Source: Eubacteriales bacterium (GTDB taxonomy: Bacteria; Bacillota; Clostridia; Oscillospirales; CAG-382). From it: a stretch of DNA of 64,000 nt. Location of the stretch: the NCBI GenBank assembly GCA_045536935.1, contig JAZSOO010000005.1, positions 2,804 through 66,803 on the forward strand. The letters are read 5' to 3'. The notes under the pieces are model-generated. The model saw nothing but the letters and a program-made list of their open reading frames with translations, had not been told where the DNA came from and made no database searches. Below, piece by piece: positions 64,000 through 64,000 of this stretch. The translations under genes and the position numbers were made by a program. Positions within the stretch are counted from its first letter, which is position 1. Each line of letters starts with the position of its first letter.

Positions 64000-64000
64000 A

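Noticed and set aside
1-64000. Defence systems, prophage, IS elements, integrases or toxin-antitoxin pairs
   Set aside because: Every ORF of convincing coding quality is accounted for by housekeeping, transport or cell-wall functions. No nuclease/helicase/ATPase defence-type genes, recombinases or transposases were seen on either strand.

Overview
This window is a chromosomal segment that reads like a moderate-GC Firmicute, probably Clostridia, judged from gene content and operon style. It is almost entirely core metabolism and cell division. I found no defence island, phage, transposase, integrase or CRISPR array, so by protein content it is an ordinary region.

Gene content from left to right:
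- nadB (5' end cut by the window edge), nadC and niaR, then tRNA-Thr
- an anion permease, hpt, cca, a GHL10-type lipoprotein, glyA, a GNAT acetyltransferase and a cytidylate-kinase-like protein
- a minus-strand dcw cluster: mraZ, rsmH, ftsL, PBP, murF, mraY, ftsW, murG, ftsQ, ftsZ
- a 10-gene minus-strand purine operon (purE, C, F, M, N, O, H, D, L, then fhs) behind a ZTP (pfl) riboswitch
- a 7-gene pyrimidine operon (pyrC, carB, pyrK, D, F, E, B)
- ddh, a DctM-like permease with a small membrane partner, and a divergent LysR regulator
- a secreted CHAP-domain protein, a purine permease, a phosphoribosyltransferase, a Rieske/FAD oxidoreductase and a FliB-like Cys-cluster protein
- an 8-gene aromatic amino acid operon (aroF/G, pheA, aroB, aroC, aroE-aroK, aroQ, aroA, tyrA), a hypothetical membrane/zinc-ribbon protein, then tRNA-Trp and tRNA-Lys

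The unusual signals are non-coding or at domain level:
1. A structured repeat family has three copies. Each is built from short hairpins separated by the 7-mer GTGAAGT and its complement ACTTCAC, always next to a terminator and close to tRNA genes. The hairpin stems show compensatory changes between copies.
2. A 21-nt duplication of the tRNA-Trp 3' end heads a ~100-nt structured fragment.
3. A Phe/Tyr-rich leader peptide with alternative terminator and antiterminator pairings sits in front of the aro operon.
4. A conserved 42-nt hairpin-ACCCCGACAAAAAA module occurs twice, and a related 12-mer tandem repeat occurs once.
5. Several pathway enzymes have atypical architecture: PurF lacks Cys1, AICARFT-only PurH is paired with an archaeal-type PurO, PyrB is fused to only the Zn domain of PyrI, and carB has no adjacent carA.

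All calls were made by eye from the sequence and the supplied ORF track. No database search was run.
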